Below, one piece after another: positions 38,839 to 51,790 of a stretch of DNA of 64,000 nucleotides. Each line of letters begins with the position of its first letter. Position 1 is the stretch's first letter. Both the position numbers and the translations under genes were made by a program. The DNA comes from an uncultured bacterium (GTDB lineage Bacteria > Planctomycetota > UBA1135 > GCA-002686595). The stretch spans positions 352,001 through 416,000 of the forward strand of contig CALSNU010000003.1 of assembly GCA_943787795.1 (NCBI GenBank), in the 5' to 3' direction. The notes beneath the pieces were generated by a model that did not search any database, was not told the origin of the DNA, and saw nothing but the letters and a program-made list of their open reading frames with translations.

Positions 38839-39615
38839 ATGTCCCCCAGCGAGCAAGACGATCGCGCCCCGAGCGCTTCAGCCGCCACGCCTACCCCAGA
38901 GGCTGGCTCATCCGCCTCTGGTGCCACCGGCAGCGCTGGTCCTGCCGCTGGATCTTCGAGCCTGGCCGACCCCGCTGCCCTCAGAGCACCCGCGCGTCGG
39001 CACCTGATCCTCTTCATGGTGGTGGCCTTGCTGGTCGCCCTGGACCTCTGGTCGAAGTCCGCGGTCTTCAGCTGGTTCCAGGATCCCGAGGCCCAGGCCG
39101 CGCTCCCGCGCTCCGAGCGAGGGCACCCCCGCTTCCCGCTCATCGGGGAGTGGCTGGGCTTCATGCTGAATCTCAACTACGGGGCCGCCTTCGGGAAGGG
39201 GGGCTCGATGCCCTGGCTGCTGGTAGGGGGTCGCTGCGTGGCGTCGATCTTCCTCACGTTCCTCATCTACAGGACTCCGGTGGGCCAGCGCGTCTACCTC
39301 GGCGCGCTGGTGCTCATCCTCTCCGGCGCCCTCGGGAACCTGTACGACAACTTCACCTTCGCGCCGGCCCCCGACCTGCCAGGCGTTCAGGATGGCCGGC
39401 CCTTCGGACCGGTGCGCGACTTCATCGACGTCTACTTCTACGGCTGGGATTGGCACTTCCCGACGTTCAACGTCGCGGACTCCTGCATCACGGTCGGCGC
39501 CGTTCTTCTGCTCCTGAGCGGGATCGGTGGCGGCCGGCCGGCGGCACCTCAGGTCGCGGCCGGGGGCTCCACCGAGGGCCTCGCCGGGGACGCAGATGAA
39601 GACCTCGACAGGTGA
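38839..39615 (+). CDS. lspA: Lipoprotein signal peptidase II
   Basis: DLWSK, NYGAAFG, GALGNLYD, VRDFI, FPTFNVADSCI. Confidence 0.93.
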   Translation: MSPSEQDDRAPSASAATPTPEAGSSASGATGSAGPAAGSSSLADPAALRAPARRHLILFMVVALLVALDLWSKSAVFSWFQDPEAQAALPRSERGHPRFPLIGEWLGFMLNLNYGAAFGKGGSMPWLLVGGRCVASIFLTFLIYRTPVGQRVYLGALVLILSGALGNLYDNFTFAPAPDLPGVQDGRPFGPVRDFIDVYFYGWDWHFPTFNVADSCITVGAVLLLLSGIGGGRPAAPQVAAGGSTEGLAGDADEDLDR

Positions 39616-39720
39616 CCGGGTTCTGTCCTGGCTTCCGTTCCCGAGTCGTCGGCCCTATCCTCCGGTGAGGATGGGAGCTTGGTCCAACGGCACGAAGGCG
39701 ACGCGTGGGGGTGACGGCCG

Positions 39721-40566
39721 ATGAGGCTCTCCGACCTTACGCCAGCGCACGTGAAGCAGGCGGCGTCGATCTTCCTGGAGCACGCCTGGCCCAACGGTCC
39801 AGCCGGCCGCGCCGCCGAGCTGGCGACCGCCGTCGATCAAGCGTCGACCATGGAGGAGCTGGCGGAGGTCTTCGAGCTGGTGCGGACGGGCGAGGGCGAG
39901 GGGCGCCGCCGTTTCTGCCTGCGACTCGGGAACGATCGCTATCCCTGGATGAAGCTCGTGATCCAGGAGTTTCTCGTGTCGGGGGAGTTCTTCATCTCTG
40001 CAGACACCCACGACGACATCCGGATCGACCCGTCCATGCCGGACTACGCGGCTTGGAACGAGCTACGTAACCACAACCGAGAGCTGAAGGAGGCGGTGGA
40101 GGCCCACTGGGAGCGCGCGGGGCTGCCGACCCACAGCGACCTGCGCGCGCTCTGCGAGGGGATGGCCCGTCTCGAGTCGGGCGGATCCAAGGGGACCGCC
40201 GGACCACGCCTCCTGATCGTGGACGATGACGAGGATGTGTGCTGCGGCGAGGCGGCCTTCCTGCGAGCCCGGGGCTACATCGTGGAGACGGCCTTCGACG
40301 GTCGAGAGACCCTCGAGCGGATGGGGCGCGACCCCCTCCCCGATCTGGTTGTCCTCGACTTCGCCATGCCGGAGTTCGACGGAGAAGAGGTGATGCGGCG
40401 CCTGCGGGCGGATCCACGTACCGCCGAGGTGCCGCTGCTGCTGGCCACCGCCAGCGAGATCGAGCTGCCAACGATCCAGCGAGCGAGCGGTCTGCTGCGC
40501 AAGCCCTATCCGCGGGAGGTCCTGTTCGAGATGATCGAGCGCCTCCTCGGCGAGTCCCCCGGTTGA
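39721..40566 (+). CDS. Response regulator: unknown N-terminal domain plus C-terminal receiver domain
   Basis: REC motifs LIVDDD, PDLVVLDFAMPEFDG, LAT, LRKPY in the last ~120 aa. Confidence 0.85.
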   Translation: MRLSDLTPAHVKQAASIFLEHAWPNGPAGRAAELATAVDQASTMEELAEVFELVRTGEGEGRRRFCLRLGNDRYPWMKLVIQEFLVSGEFFISADTHDDIRIDPSMPDYAAWNELRNHNRELKEAVEAHWERAGLPTHSDLRALCEGMARLESGGSKGTAGPRLLIVDDDEDVCCGEAAFLRARGYIVETAFDGRETLERMGRDPLPDLVVLDFAMPEFDGEEVMRRLRADPRTAEVPLLLATASEIELPTIQRASGLLRKPYPREVLFEMIERLLGESPG

Positions 40567-40602
40567 TCGACGGGTCGGCTGATCCGCCGCTCCCCTCGCC
40601 CT

Positions 40603-40641
40603 GGCTCCTTCCTCGGGCTCCTTCCTCGGGCTCCTTCCGCG
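40603..40641. repeat. 13-bp tandem repeat GGCTCCTTCCTCG, 3 copies
   Basis: Read directly; the third unit has one mismatch. Confidence 0.8.
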
Positions 40642-40861
40642 GGCGCAGCCCGCAGGCCGGCCCCGGGTGCCGCCCGGCGGCGGGTCCTGACTGAACCTGA
40701 GCCTGCGACCGAGCGCTGGGAAGTTCCCAGCGCCCTGTCCGCAGTGGGGGAGTCGCCGCAGGACCGCTGCCGCTGAGGTCCTTGGGGCACGGTCCCTCCG
40801 CCGAGCCTCCCCTGGAGGAGGAGGGGGACCGCGGCTCGCATGGGCGAGGGGCGGGTGCTCC

Positions 40862-40953
40862 GGGGCCTGGGGAGCCAGGGGCCTGGGGAGCCAGGGGCCT
40901 AGGGAGCCAGGGGCCTAGGGAGCCAGGGGGCTCGGGAGCCAGGGGGCTGGGGG
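40862..40953. repeat. 16-bp G-rich tandem repeat GGGGCCT(G/A)GGGAGCCA, about 5.7 copies
   Basis: Read directly; units diverge progressively from left to right. Confidence 0.9.
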
Positions 40954-41150
40954 TCGGAGGGACCGCGGGGCCCGGCCTGGGTAGGGCCCGGAGGGGATCG
41001 AGAGAACCTTCCGCCAGCGAGGGCTGATCCCCCTTGGCATTCCAACGGGGTGGACCGATACTCCTTCGCCCCGCATGCCGCTTCCCGCGTCCGAGAGGCC
41101 CCGTCAGGAGGATGGGGTGGGAGCAAGGCGGCACCAGACGGGTTCAAGAC

Positions 41151-44302
<3,152 letters not shown>

Positions 44303-44306
<4 letters not shown>

Positions 44307-45676
44307 CGGCCGGAGCCGACCAGGCGATCCCCGGCCCGATCACCTCGAGCCCCAGCGTTGGCCTCGGCCGGCGGGGGCTCCAGCTGCTGTACGACGCTTG
44401 CATCGGGGTCGTCTGGACGATCATGCTCCCGCTCTTCCTGGGCGCGGGCGTCCTGCGGCCTCGTCTGGCCCGCAAGGCCCTGTCGCTCTCCACGGTGGGG
44501 CTCGTGCGTCTCCCGCCGCCCGCGGCTCGCCGTAAGCGCGTCCTGGTGCACGGAGTGTCGGTGGGGGAGATCAAAGCCTCCCAGTCCCTCGTCCTCGCTC
44601 TCAGTGAGCGCTACGAGGTGGTGGTCAGCGCCTTCAGCGATACGGGAATGCAGGTGGCCCGCCAGCTGTTCCCTGAGATCGAGGTCGTCCGCTACCCCTT
44701 CGACTTCGCGCCCATCGTGGCGCGCTTTTGGCGGCGAGTATGCCCGGACTTTGTGCTGCTGGTCGAGCTGGAGGCGTGGCCATGCTTTCTGCGGGCGGCC
44801 AACCGGCGCGGCGCGCCCGTGGCCGTGGTGAGCGGCCGGATCACCGAGCAATCCTTCCGTCGGTACCAGCTCTTCGGGGCGCTCCCCGAGTTCGGCCGCA
44901 TCTCGCTCTTCGCCGCGCAGGATGAGGCCTATGCGGCCCGCTTCGCGGCGCTCGCCGGCTCCTCGGAGCGGGTCCTGGTGACCGGCAACGTCAAGGTCGA
45001 CGGGCTCCGAGGCGCGGTGGACGGGGCCGTCAGCGACCGACTGCTGGACCTCCGCCGGCAGCTGGGCCTCCCTGAGGAGCGCGGCGCTCCCTTCGTGATC
45101 GTCGCCGGAAGCACCCATGAGCCCGAGGAGGAGGCGTTCGTGGACGCGGCACGAGAGTCGCTGCCGGAGGCACGTCTCATCGTTGTGCCCCGTCACCCCG
45201 AGCGTGCCGCGGCGGTCCAGGATGCCCTGGCCGCCGGCGGGCGAGGGGCGCCGTCGCCAGAGCGCCTCTCCGAATTGAGGGCGCTGGGCCAGGCGGCTGA
45301 TCCGCGACGCCCGCTGATCGTGGACACCATCGGAGAGCTTGAGGAGTTGTACGGGGTCGCCGACGCGGTCTTCATCGGCGGCAGCCTGATTCCCCACGGG
45401 GGGCAAAATATGATGGAGCCCGCGGCCCAGGGGGTCCCGGTCGTCTACGGCCCCCACGTGGACAACTTCCTCAAAGAGACCGAGATGCTCGAGGCGGTGG
45501 GCGCAGCGCTGAGGGTCGACGACGCCGCCGCCCTCGGGAATGCCCTCGCAACCCTCGCCGCAGATCCCGCCATGAGGCGGAGAATGGGGGAGGCGGGGCG
45601 TTCGGCGCTCAGGGCCGAGCGGGGTGCGACAGTCGCGACACTAGACGCACTGAGGGCTCGTATCGGACTCGCCTGA
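44303..45676 (+). CDS. waaA: 3-deoxy-D-manno-octulosonic acid (Kdo) transferase
   Basis: HGVSVGE, YPFD, VELEAWP, TGNVKVD, AGSTHEPEE, VPRHPER, GGSLIPHGGQN..EPA; GTG start overlaps the secA stop. Confidence 0.92.
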
Positions 45677-45779
45677 GGCCTTCGAGAAGGGTAGAGTTTT
45701 GCTCTGGCAGCCGATTCCGGCCGCACCCGACTGAATCCGTAAGGGCTCTCTCCGCCCACCGAATCCAACCCACGACCCC

Positions 45780-46967
45780 ATGTCACGCAGCCTCTTCACG
45801 TCTGAATCCGTCTCCATGGGCCACCCTGACAAGGTGGCCGACCAGGTATCAGACGCGGTCCTCGACGCCCTCCTGGAGCAGGATCCCTCGAGCCGTGTGG
45901 CCTGCGAGACCATGGTCACCACCGGGGTCTGCATCATCGCGGGCGAGATCACGACCAAGGCGGTGGTCAACTACCAGGACATCGTGCGGGGGACCCTGCG
46001 CTCTATTGGCTACACCGACGACGCCTTCGGGATCAACGCTGACACCTGTGCGGTGATGGTGACGCTCGATCGGCAGTCGCCGGACATCGCCCAGGGCGTG
46101 GACGACGACAAGGGGCTCCACGTGGAGCAGGGCGCTGGCGACCAGGGCCTCATGTTCGGCTATGCCTGCGATGAGACCGAGGAGCTGATGCCGCTCCCGA
46201 TCCATGTCTCTCACCGACTGGTCGAGCGCATGGCCGAGCTGCGCCAGAACGGCACGCTCGCGTGGCTGCGTCCTGACTCCAAGAGTCAGGTCACGGTGGA
46301 GTATGACGGCGACAAGCCCGTCCGTGTTCACACCGTGGTGATCTCCACCCAGCACGACCCGGAGGTGAACGGGAAGTCCGAGGAAGCCGCGGTGCTGGCC
46401 GAGATCCGACAGCAGATCATCGAGCACGTGATCCGTCCTGTCATCGATGCGGAGATGCTTGACGATGACACGATCTTCCACGTCAACCCCACGGGTAAGT
46501 TCGTCATCGGCGGGCCCCACGGAGACTGCGGCCTGACGGGCCGGAAGATCATCGTCGACACCTACGGGGGCATGGGCCGCCACGGTGGCGGCGCGTTCAG
46601 CGGCAAGGACGCCTCCAAGGTGGACCGCTCCGCGGCCTACGCGTCCCGGTGGGTCGCCAAGAACGTCGTGGCCGCCGGGCTTGCGACTCGCTGTGAGGTC
46701 CAGCTCTCCTACGCCATCGGGGTCGCGAAGCCGCTCTCGGTGCGCGTGGACACCTTCGGCACGGCCAAGGTGTCGGAGGACGCCATCAGCAGCGCCATCG
46801 GCCAGGTCTTTGACCTGACGCCCCGCGGCATCATCGATGCCCTGGGCCTCAAGGCGCCCATCTTCCGGCAGACGGCTGCTCACGGCCACTTCGGCCGGCC
46901 GGGGTTCCCCTGGGAGGCCACCACCAAGGTGGACGCCCTCAAGGACGCCGCGGCAGCACTGGCCTGA
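45780..46967 (+). CDS. metK: S-adenosylmethionine synthetase
   Basis: [41 protein letters not shown]. Confidence 0.98.
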   Translation: MSRSLFTSESVSMGHPDKVADQVSDAVLDALLEQDPSSRVACETMVTTGVCIIAGEITTKAVVNYQDIVRGTLRSIGYTDDAFGINADTCAVMVTLDRQSPDIAQGVDDDKGLHVEQGAGDQGLMFGYACDETEELMPLPIHVSHRLVERMAELRQNGTLAWLRPDSKSQVTVEYDGDKPVRVHTVVISTQHDPEVNGKSEEAAVLAEIRQQIIEHVIRPVIDAEMLDDDTIFHVNPTGKFVIGGPHGDCGLTGRKIIVDTYGGMGRHGGGAFSGKDASKVDRSAAYASRWVAKNVVAAGLATRCEVQLSYAIGVAKPLSVRVDTFGTAKVSEDAISSAIGQVFDLTPRGIIDALGLKAPIFRQTAAHGHFGRPGFPWEATTKVDALKDAAAALA

Positions 46968-47044
46968 GTCCTATCCTGGCGGATACAGTGACCGTCGGGG
47001 CACGTCGCGGTATCCACCACCCAGCCCCTCCTCCCAAGCCACAG

Positions 47045-47719
47045 ATGAAGACCGCACTGCAACCGCCGAGTCCGCGCCGCAACGCCGGGTTCACGCTCAT
47101 CGAGATCCTGGCCGTGATCCTGATCATCGGGATCCTGATGACCTTCGTCATCCCCAACGTCGTCTCGTCGATCGAGCAGGCCAAGGTCACGGCGTGCCGG
47201 TCCAACCTTGAGCAGGTCAAGCGTGGCTTCCTCGAGTACGAGACCAGGTACAGCCGCACGCCTACGGAGTCCGGCGTGGGCTTCTTCGCGTCGCTGATCA
47301 CGGACAAGGTCTGGGATCCGGATGTGAAGAACTCCAAGACGCTGACGTGCCCCGCTGTGCAGCTCAACTACCTGACCCCTGGGGCGGACGGGATCCCTAC
47401 TGAGGACTGGTTCCTGCCGGAGAACCGGGACGCCATCGACGGCGGCTGGTCTGCATACGCGGGGCGAGATCTTCGCCGCAAGCCGCTCCGCGGCTTCAAT
47501 GGCCGCGGCAAGGTCGCGCTGGTGGCGGACGACAATGACCCGGAGGGGAATCACCCCACCACGACCAACGTCCTCTGGGACAACCTCCAGGTTCGTGGCC
47601 TCGAACTGATCGACGTGCAGCGCGAAGGCCTGCTCGACGAGAGCGAGGAGGTCACCTTCATCCCTGTCGGAGCGGACTCTCCGATCGAGGGGCTCCAGGC
47701 CCTCTCCCTGACCAAGTAG
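47045..47719 (+). CDS. Prepilin-type N-terminal cleavage/methylation domain protein (Planctomycete pilin-like)
   Basis: RRNAG|FTLIEILAVILIIGIL class III signal, C.SNL.Q motif, degenerate H-X9-DG-like segment NHPTTTNVLWDN. Confidence 0.85.
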   Translation: MKTALQPPSPRRNAGFTLIEILAVILIIGILMTFVIPNVVSSIEQAKVTACRSNLEQVKRGFLEYETRYSRTPTESGVGFFASLITDKVWDPDVKNSKTLTCPAVQLNYLTPGADGIPTEDWFLPENRDAIDGGWSAYAGRDLRRKPLRGFNGRGKVALVADDNDPEGNHPTTTNVLWDNLQVRGLELIDVQREGLLDESEEVTFIPVGADSPIEGLQALSLTK

Positions 47720-47861
47720 CCATGACGGCGCGTCCGAGCCTCAGCGTGGCTTGGATCGAGACCGCTGATCCGTGGATTTTCGGCGCGCGAGGTGAGGAGG
47801 CGGCGGTGCTTGCTCCGATAGCCGTGGTGGGGGATCTAGCTTCCTTGCCCCTCCACCCGGA

Positions 47862-48776
47862 ATGAATCCCCTCGCGCTTCTTCGCTCGCTACGCCCGCAC
47901 CAGTGGGTGAAGAACATCTTCGTCCTCGCGGCGCTGGTGTTTGCGCTGGGCGAGGTGGGCGTGGACGCTGCGGCGCAGCAGGATCGGATCCTCCGGGTGT
48001 TGATCGCGGCGGCGGCGTTCTGCCTGGGCGCCAGCGCGATCTATCTGGTCAACGACGTGATGGACGTCGAGTCCGACCGGCGGCATCCGGAGAAGTGCAA
48101 GCGCCCGATCGCAGCGGGCGAGGTCAGCGTCGCGCAGGCGCTTGCTCTGAGCGCGGTGTGCGTCGTCGGAGCCCTCTGGCTGGCGGGAGCCTCCACCCCG
48201 GAAGGGGGCGACAGCGTGATGACCGTCGTCGGGATCTACATGGTCTCGAACCTGCTGTACTCTCTGAAGCTGAAGCAGATCGCGATCGTGGATGCCTTCC
48301 TGATCGCGCTCGGCTTCATGCTCCGGGTGACCGCTGGCGCCTATGCTGCGGCAGCCCCCATCTCCGAGTGGCTCCTGCTGAGCACCCTCTTCCTGGCGCT
48401 CTTTCTGGCCTTCTGCAAGCGGCGGGCGGAGATCGACCTCCTCGGCGAGGACGCTGCGAGCCACCGCAAGAACCTGGGCCAGTACACCCCCGCGTTCCTC
48501 GACCAGGCCACCGGGGTCCTCGCGGCCTGCGCGATTATCACCTACTCCATGTACACGGTGGACGAGGAGACGGCGGCGAAGTTTGGAGAGGACAACGACC
48601 TCGTCTGGACGGTGCCTTTCGTGGTCTTCGGGCTCTTTCGATACCTCCTGATGGTCACTAGGAAGGAGGCCGGCGGGAGTCCCACCAAGGTGCTCCTCGG
48701 CGGGGATCTCATCTTTGCCGTGAACGGGGTGCTGTGGATGGCCGTCGTGGCCGCCTGCCTGTTCGCGATCGGCTGA
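47862..48776 (+). CDS. UbiA-family prenyltransferase, polyprenyl-phosphate phosphoribosyltransferase (DPPR synthase) type
   Basis: LRPHQWVKN, YLVNDVMDVESDRRHPEKCKRPIAAG, YSLKLKQ..IVD, KRRAE, TYSMY, GLFRY, SPT. Confidence 0.85.
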   Translation: MNPLALLRSLRPHQWVKNIFVLAALVFALGEVGVDAAAQQDRILRVLIAAAAFCLGASAIYLVNDVMDVESDRRHPEKCKRPIAAGEVSVAQALALSAVCVVGALWLAGASTPEGGDSVMTVVGIYMVSNLLYSLKLKQIAIVDAFLIALGFMLRVTAGAYAAAAPISEWLLLSTLFLALFLAFCKRRAEIDLLGEDAASHRKNLGQYTPAFLDQATGVLAACAIITYSMYTVDEETAAKFGEDNDLVWTVPFVVFGLFRYLLMVTRKEAGGSPTKVLLGGDLIFAVNGVLWMAVVAACLFAIG

Positions 48777-48793
48777 GCGGCGCCCGCTCGCTG

Positions 48794-50425
48794 CTACTGC
48801 CCTGGGAGGTTGCGGAGCTGCTCGGTGAGGAGCGCCGCCCGCTGGGCGCGCCGCTGCTGGGCCTGCTCCGCGGTGTGGATGATCGCCTGTTGTGGCCCGA
48901 GGGCCTCCCACTCGGGCCGGAGCAAGGCCCAGTGCGCTCTGTCAGGATCGTCCTTGGCGATCCCGCTCAGCCAGCGTCCAACCAGCGCCTCGGCCCCGGC
49001 CGGGTCGCCAAAGCGGCGCGTCATGGCGTCGGCGAGCCAGGGGAGGCAGGCGGCCTCTTCACCGGCCGGCAGGAGCCCCTCGGCGGCCGCCAGGCGTAGA
49101 TCCGCCGGTGCCCCGGCTCCGTTGAAGGCCTCGAAGAGGACCTCGACGGGGACGGCATGGGTCCGGCCCAGACCGCGCACGAGGGCCACGCGGACCTCGT
49201 GGGGCGGGGTCTCGCCCAGGCGTGCGATCAGCGGAGCCCCGGCGCTCCCCGGCGCCACCGAGGCCAACGCCTCGGCTGCGGCCCCGGCCACACCGTCGCT
49301 GGCGTCGTACAGGGCACGCTGGAGGCTCGCCGCGGCGCCCCCGCCTCGTGGCCCCATGCGCTCCAGGACCTGGACCACGTGGAGTCGGACGTACTCGTCG
49401 TCGTCCTCGAGAGCGGCGCCCAGCTCGACCGCGGCCCAGGGGCCGAGGCGCGAGAGGATGAAGCGCGCGTCGTCCACGCCCCGGAGCTGGAAGTGCTCCC
49501 CTGAGAGGTCAGAGATCAGCCGCCACACCTCGGCGCGCAGCGCAGCAGGGGCCACCGTGTCACGGCTCTGCTTGCCCGCGGCCCAGTCGGCCATCAAGCG
49601 GTCCGCGTCCTCCGCGGTGACGTCCTCGCGGCCGGTGGCGGCGCGAACGACGTCGTAGAGCTGCTGGTTGGCCGAGCCGGAGGCCTCCGTCCCGGCGCTG
49701 GCGATGGCGGCCAGCGTGCGGAGCCCGCTCAGGTTCCCGTGCGCGGCCAGGGTTCGCGCCGCCCAGACCAGCGCCAGGCTGTCCTGCTCGTACTTCAGTC
49801 GTCGAAGGAGCGCGGTGACCTCGGGGCCGCTCCCCTCCAGCTCCGCCGCGGGTACGAGGGCCCAGGAGGCATAGGCGCGGACGCTCGGGTCATCGTGGTC
49901 GGCGGTCAACTCGGTCAGCGCGGCCGAGGTGGGAGCGCTCGGCGCCGCCTGTGCGAACTGGGCCAGGACCCTCAGGTCCTCGGGGGCGCGCGCGGGGTCG
50001 CGGAGGCCAGCAGCGAGCACCGGCGCGAGCTCATCCCTCGACGCGACCACGTCAGCCGTGGCGGTCTCGAGGTATCTGCCGTCGCTCAGGACCATGCCCA
50101 CGAGGCCGTCGCGGAGCTCGACCAGCCCCGGGTCGAGGCTCGGGGCCTGATCGGCGGACACGGCGTCCTCCTCGGCCTGGGCGGGCGGCCCGGGAGCCTC
50201 CTCGATCTCACCGGGCATCAGGCCTCGGTTGCCCCTCAGCTCGCGGGCGCTGAGGACGCCCTCGCGGCGGCTGACCCCCAGCTCGGAGAGGGTCGCGTCG
50301 AGGACATCGCGCGTGGGTCGGGGGGAGGGCTCGGCGGCGCTGGAGGCCTCCCCGGTCGGGTCAGCCTCCCCGGGACTGCAGGAACCCAGGAGCGAGAGAA
50401 TGGCCAGCGCCGCGAGGGATCTCAT
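48794..50425 (-). CDS. HEAT-repeat lipoprotein
   Basis: Lipobox LLGS-C; HEAT-like repeats (DDPSVRAYASWAL, DDDEYVRLHVVQVL, VAGAAAEAL, EVRVALVRGLG). Confidence 0.75.
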   Translation of the reverse strand: MRSLAALAILSLLGSCSPGEADPTGEASSAAEPSPRPTRDVLDATLSELGVSRREGVLSARELRGNRGLMPGEIEEAPGPPAQAEEDAVSADQAPSLDPGLVELRDGLVGMVLSDGRYLETATADVVASRDELAPVLAAGLRDPARAPEDLRVLAQFAQAAPSAPTSAALTELTADHDDPSVRAYASWALVPAAELEGSGPEVTALLRRLKYEQDSLALVWAARTLAAHGNLSGLRTLAAIASAGTEASGSANQQLYDVVRAATGREDVTAEDADRLMADWAAGKQSRDTVAPAALRAEVWRLISDLSGEHFQLRGVDDARFILSRLGPWAAVELGAALEDDDEYVRLHVVQVLERMGPRGGGAAASLQRALYDASDGVAGAAAEALASVAPGSAGAPLIARLGETPPHEVRVALVRGLGRTHAVPVEVLFEAFNGAGAPADLRLAAAEGLLPAGEEAACLPWLADAMTRRFGDPAGAEALVGRWLSGIAKDDPDRAHWALLRPEWEALGPQQAIIHTAEQAQQRRAQRAALLTEQLRNLPGQ

Positions 50426-51468
50426 CGGGGGTCCACCGTCACCCGGTGGACAAGCTCGGCGTCCTCGAAGGGGTCGGTGACCGTGTCGATCTCTCGCGCG
50501 ATGCCCGTCTCGGGGTCGCGATAGTAGGGCGAGCGCTTGTAGACGAGGACCGCCTCGACGCCGCCGGCCGCGTCGGGGTCATCGATGGCGAGCGTACGGC
50601 TCTCGCCGAAGTGCAGGAGGGTGCTCTCGATGTCCTTCTCGTGCCGGTAGGGGTCGCGGATCCGGTGCAGGTGTCGCCACGGGCCGCCGCCGGCGGCGAC
50701 GCCGGCCTCGTTCAGCGTGTCCGCGTCACCGGGGAGCGGGCGCCACCAGATATCGGAGGCGCGGCTGCGCTCGTCGGTGGGGTAGGAGTGCCCGCCACGG
50801 ACGTTGGCGATGGTGACCGACGGGTCACCCGCGTCATCCCGCGCGCCCATGAACGTCACGGCGGAGCGCACCATCTCGATGTAGTGTCCGCCGGGCATGG
50901 TGTGGAAGCGCCCGCTCTTCGGGGTGCCGTCGCGATAGGGCATGTGGCACTCCATGCAGCCCTCGTTGTGCTCGGCGAACGGGGTCGCCTTCCACTGCTG
51001 GACGGTCTTGTGCTGGTCGTGGCACCCCGAACACATCTCGACCCGCTGCAGCTCACGCCGGGTGGTGGGCTGGCAGGCGGCGCGCGGGTTGTCGATCTTC
51101 CCGGCCATTTTCCCGTCCGGGAGGAGGTGGCAGGTGAGGCAGTCGACGCCCTCTGCTCGTCGCGCGGAGCGGGGCAGGACGCGCTCGCCAAGCCCGGTCT
51201 CGAAGATGGGCCGCGGGGCGTGGCAGTCGATGCAGTCCTTGTTGGCGAACTGGTCGGACTGGACCCGCACGTCCTCGTTGAGCCACGAGTTCGCGTGGGG
51301 TGAAGAGGCCCACTCGTCCCAGATCTGACTGTGGCACTCCCGGCACTGCTCCGACGAGACCCACTCGGCGGGGGTCTGCGCGCTCGCCGTCTCCTCCGGG
51401 GTCCCGATGAGGGCGGAGAAGAACCAGCTCGCGAGGACGAGGACGACGATACCGAGGGCGATACGCAT
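50422..51468 (-). CDS. Pentaheme c-type cytochrome (c554/c552-like)
   Basis: N-terminal signal/anchor and five CxxCH motifs (CRECH, CIDCH, CLTCH, CSGCH, CMECH); W.SSPHA and GHSYPT motifs. Confidence 0.88.
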   Translation of the reverse strand: MRIALGIVVLVLASWFFSALIGTPEETASAQTPAEWVSSEQCRECHSQIWDEWASSPHANSWLNEDVRVQSDQFANKDCIDCHAPRPIFETGLGERVLPRSARRAEGVDCLTCHLLPDGKMAGKIDNPRAACQPTTRRELQRVEMCSGCHDQHKTVQQWKATPFAEHNEGCMECHMPYRDGTPKSGRFHTMPGGHYIEMVRSAVTFMGARDDAGDPSVTIANVRGGHSYPTDERSRASDIWWRPLPGDADTLNEAGVAAGGGPWRHLHRIRDPYRHEKDIESTLLHFGESRTLAIDDPDAAGGVEAVLVYKRSPYYRDPETGIAREIDTVTDPFEDAELVHRVTVDPR

Positions 51469-51667
51469 GGGATTCCTGTAGCCCAAGGGTACGCCCCGGG
51501 TCACGCGGTGAAAGGGAAGACATGTACGCCTCGTGGCCAGGGGTGCGTCACGGCGCCGCTGACCTCCCCGCGGCGCCGCCCTCCTGCGGGGAGTTCGACA
51601 GCTAGCTTGAGGGTCCGGCGAAGGCGCAGCAGCGGAGCCGCGGGGTCGACCGAGCCTGCCGCGCCCG

Positions 51668-51717
51668 CTCAGGCCAGCTCAGGCCAGCTCAGGCCAACTC
51701 AGGCCAACTCAGGCCAG
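51668..51717. repeat. 10-bp tandem repeat CTCAGGCCA(G/A), 5 copies, with degenerate CCAGC-rich units continuing to about 51780
   Basis: Read directly. Confidence 0.88.
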
Positions 51718-51790
51718 CGAGGTCAGCTCCAGCGAGGTCATCGCCACCCAGCCCAGCTCCAGCCTGCCGGGCCAGCCCGAGCGTGGCCGT

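Noticed and set aside
40862..40953. Tandem arrays as CRISPR
   Set aside because: Units are 10-16 bp, contiguous and lack unique spacers; no cas genes are present.
45677..45779. SAM riboswitch upstream of metK
   Set aside because: No recognisable SAM-I core or SAM-II/V pattern could be read in this short spacer.
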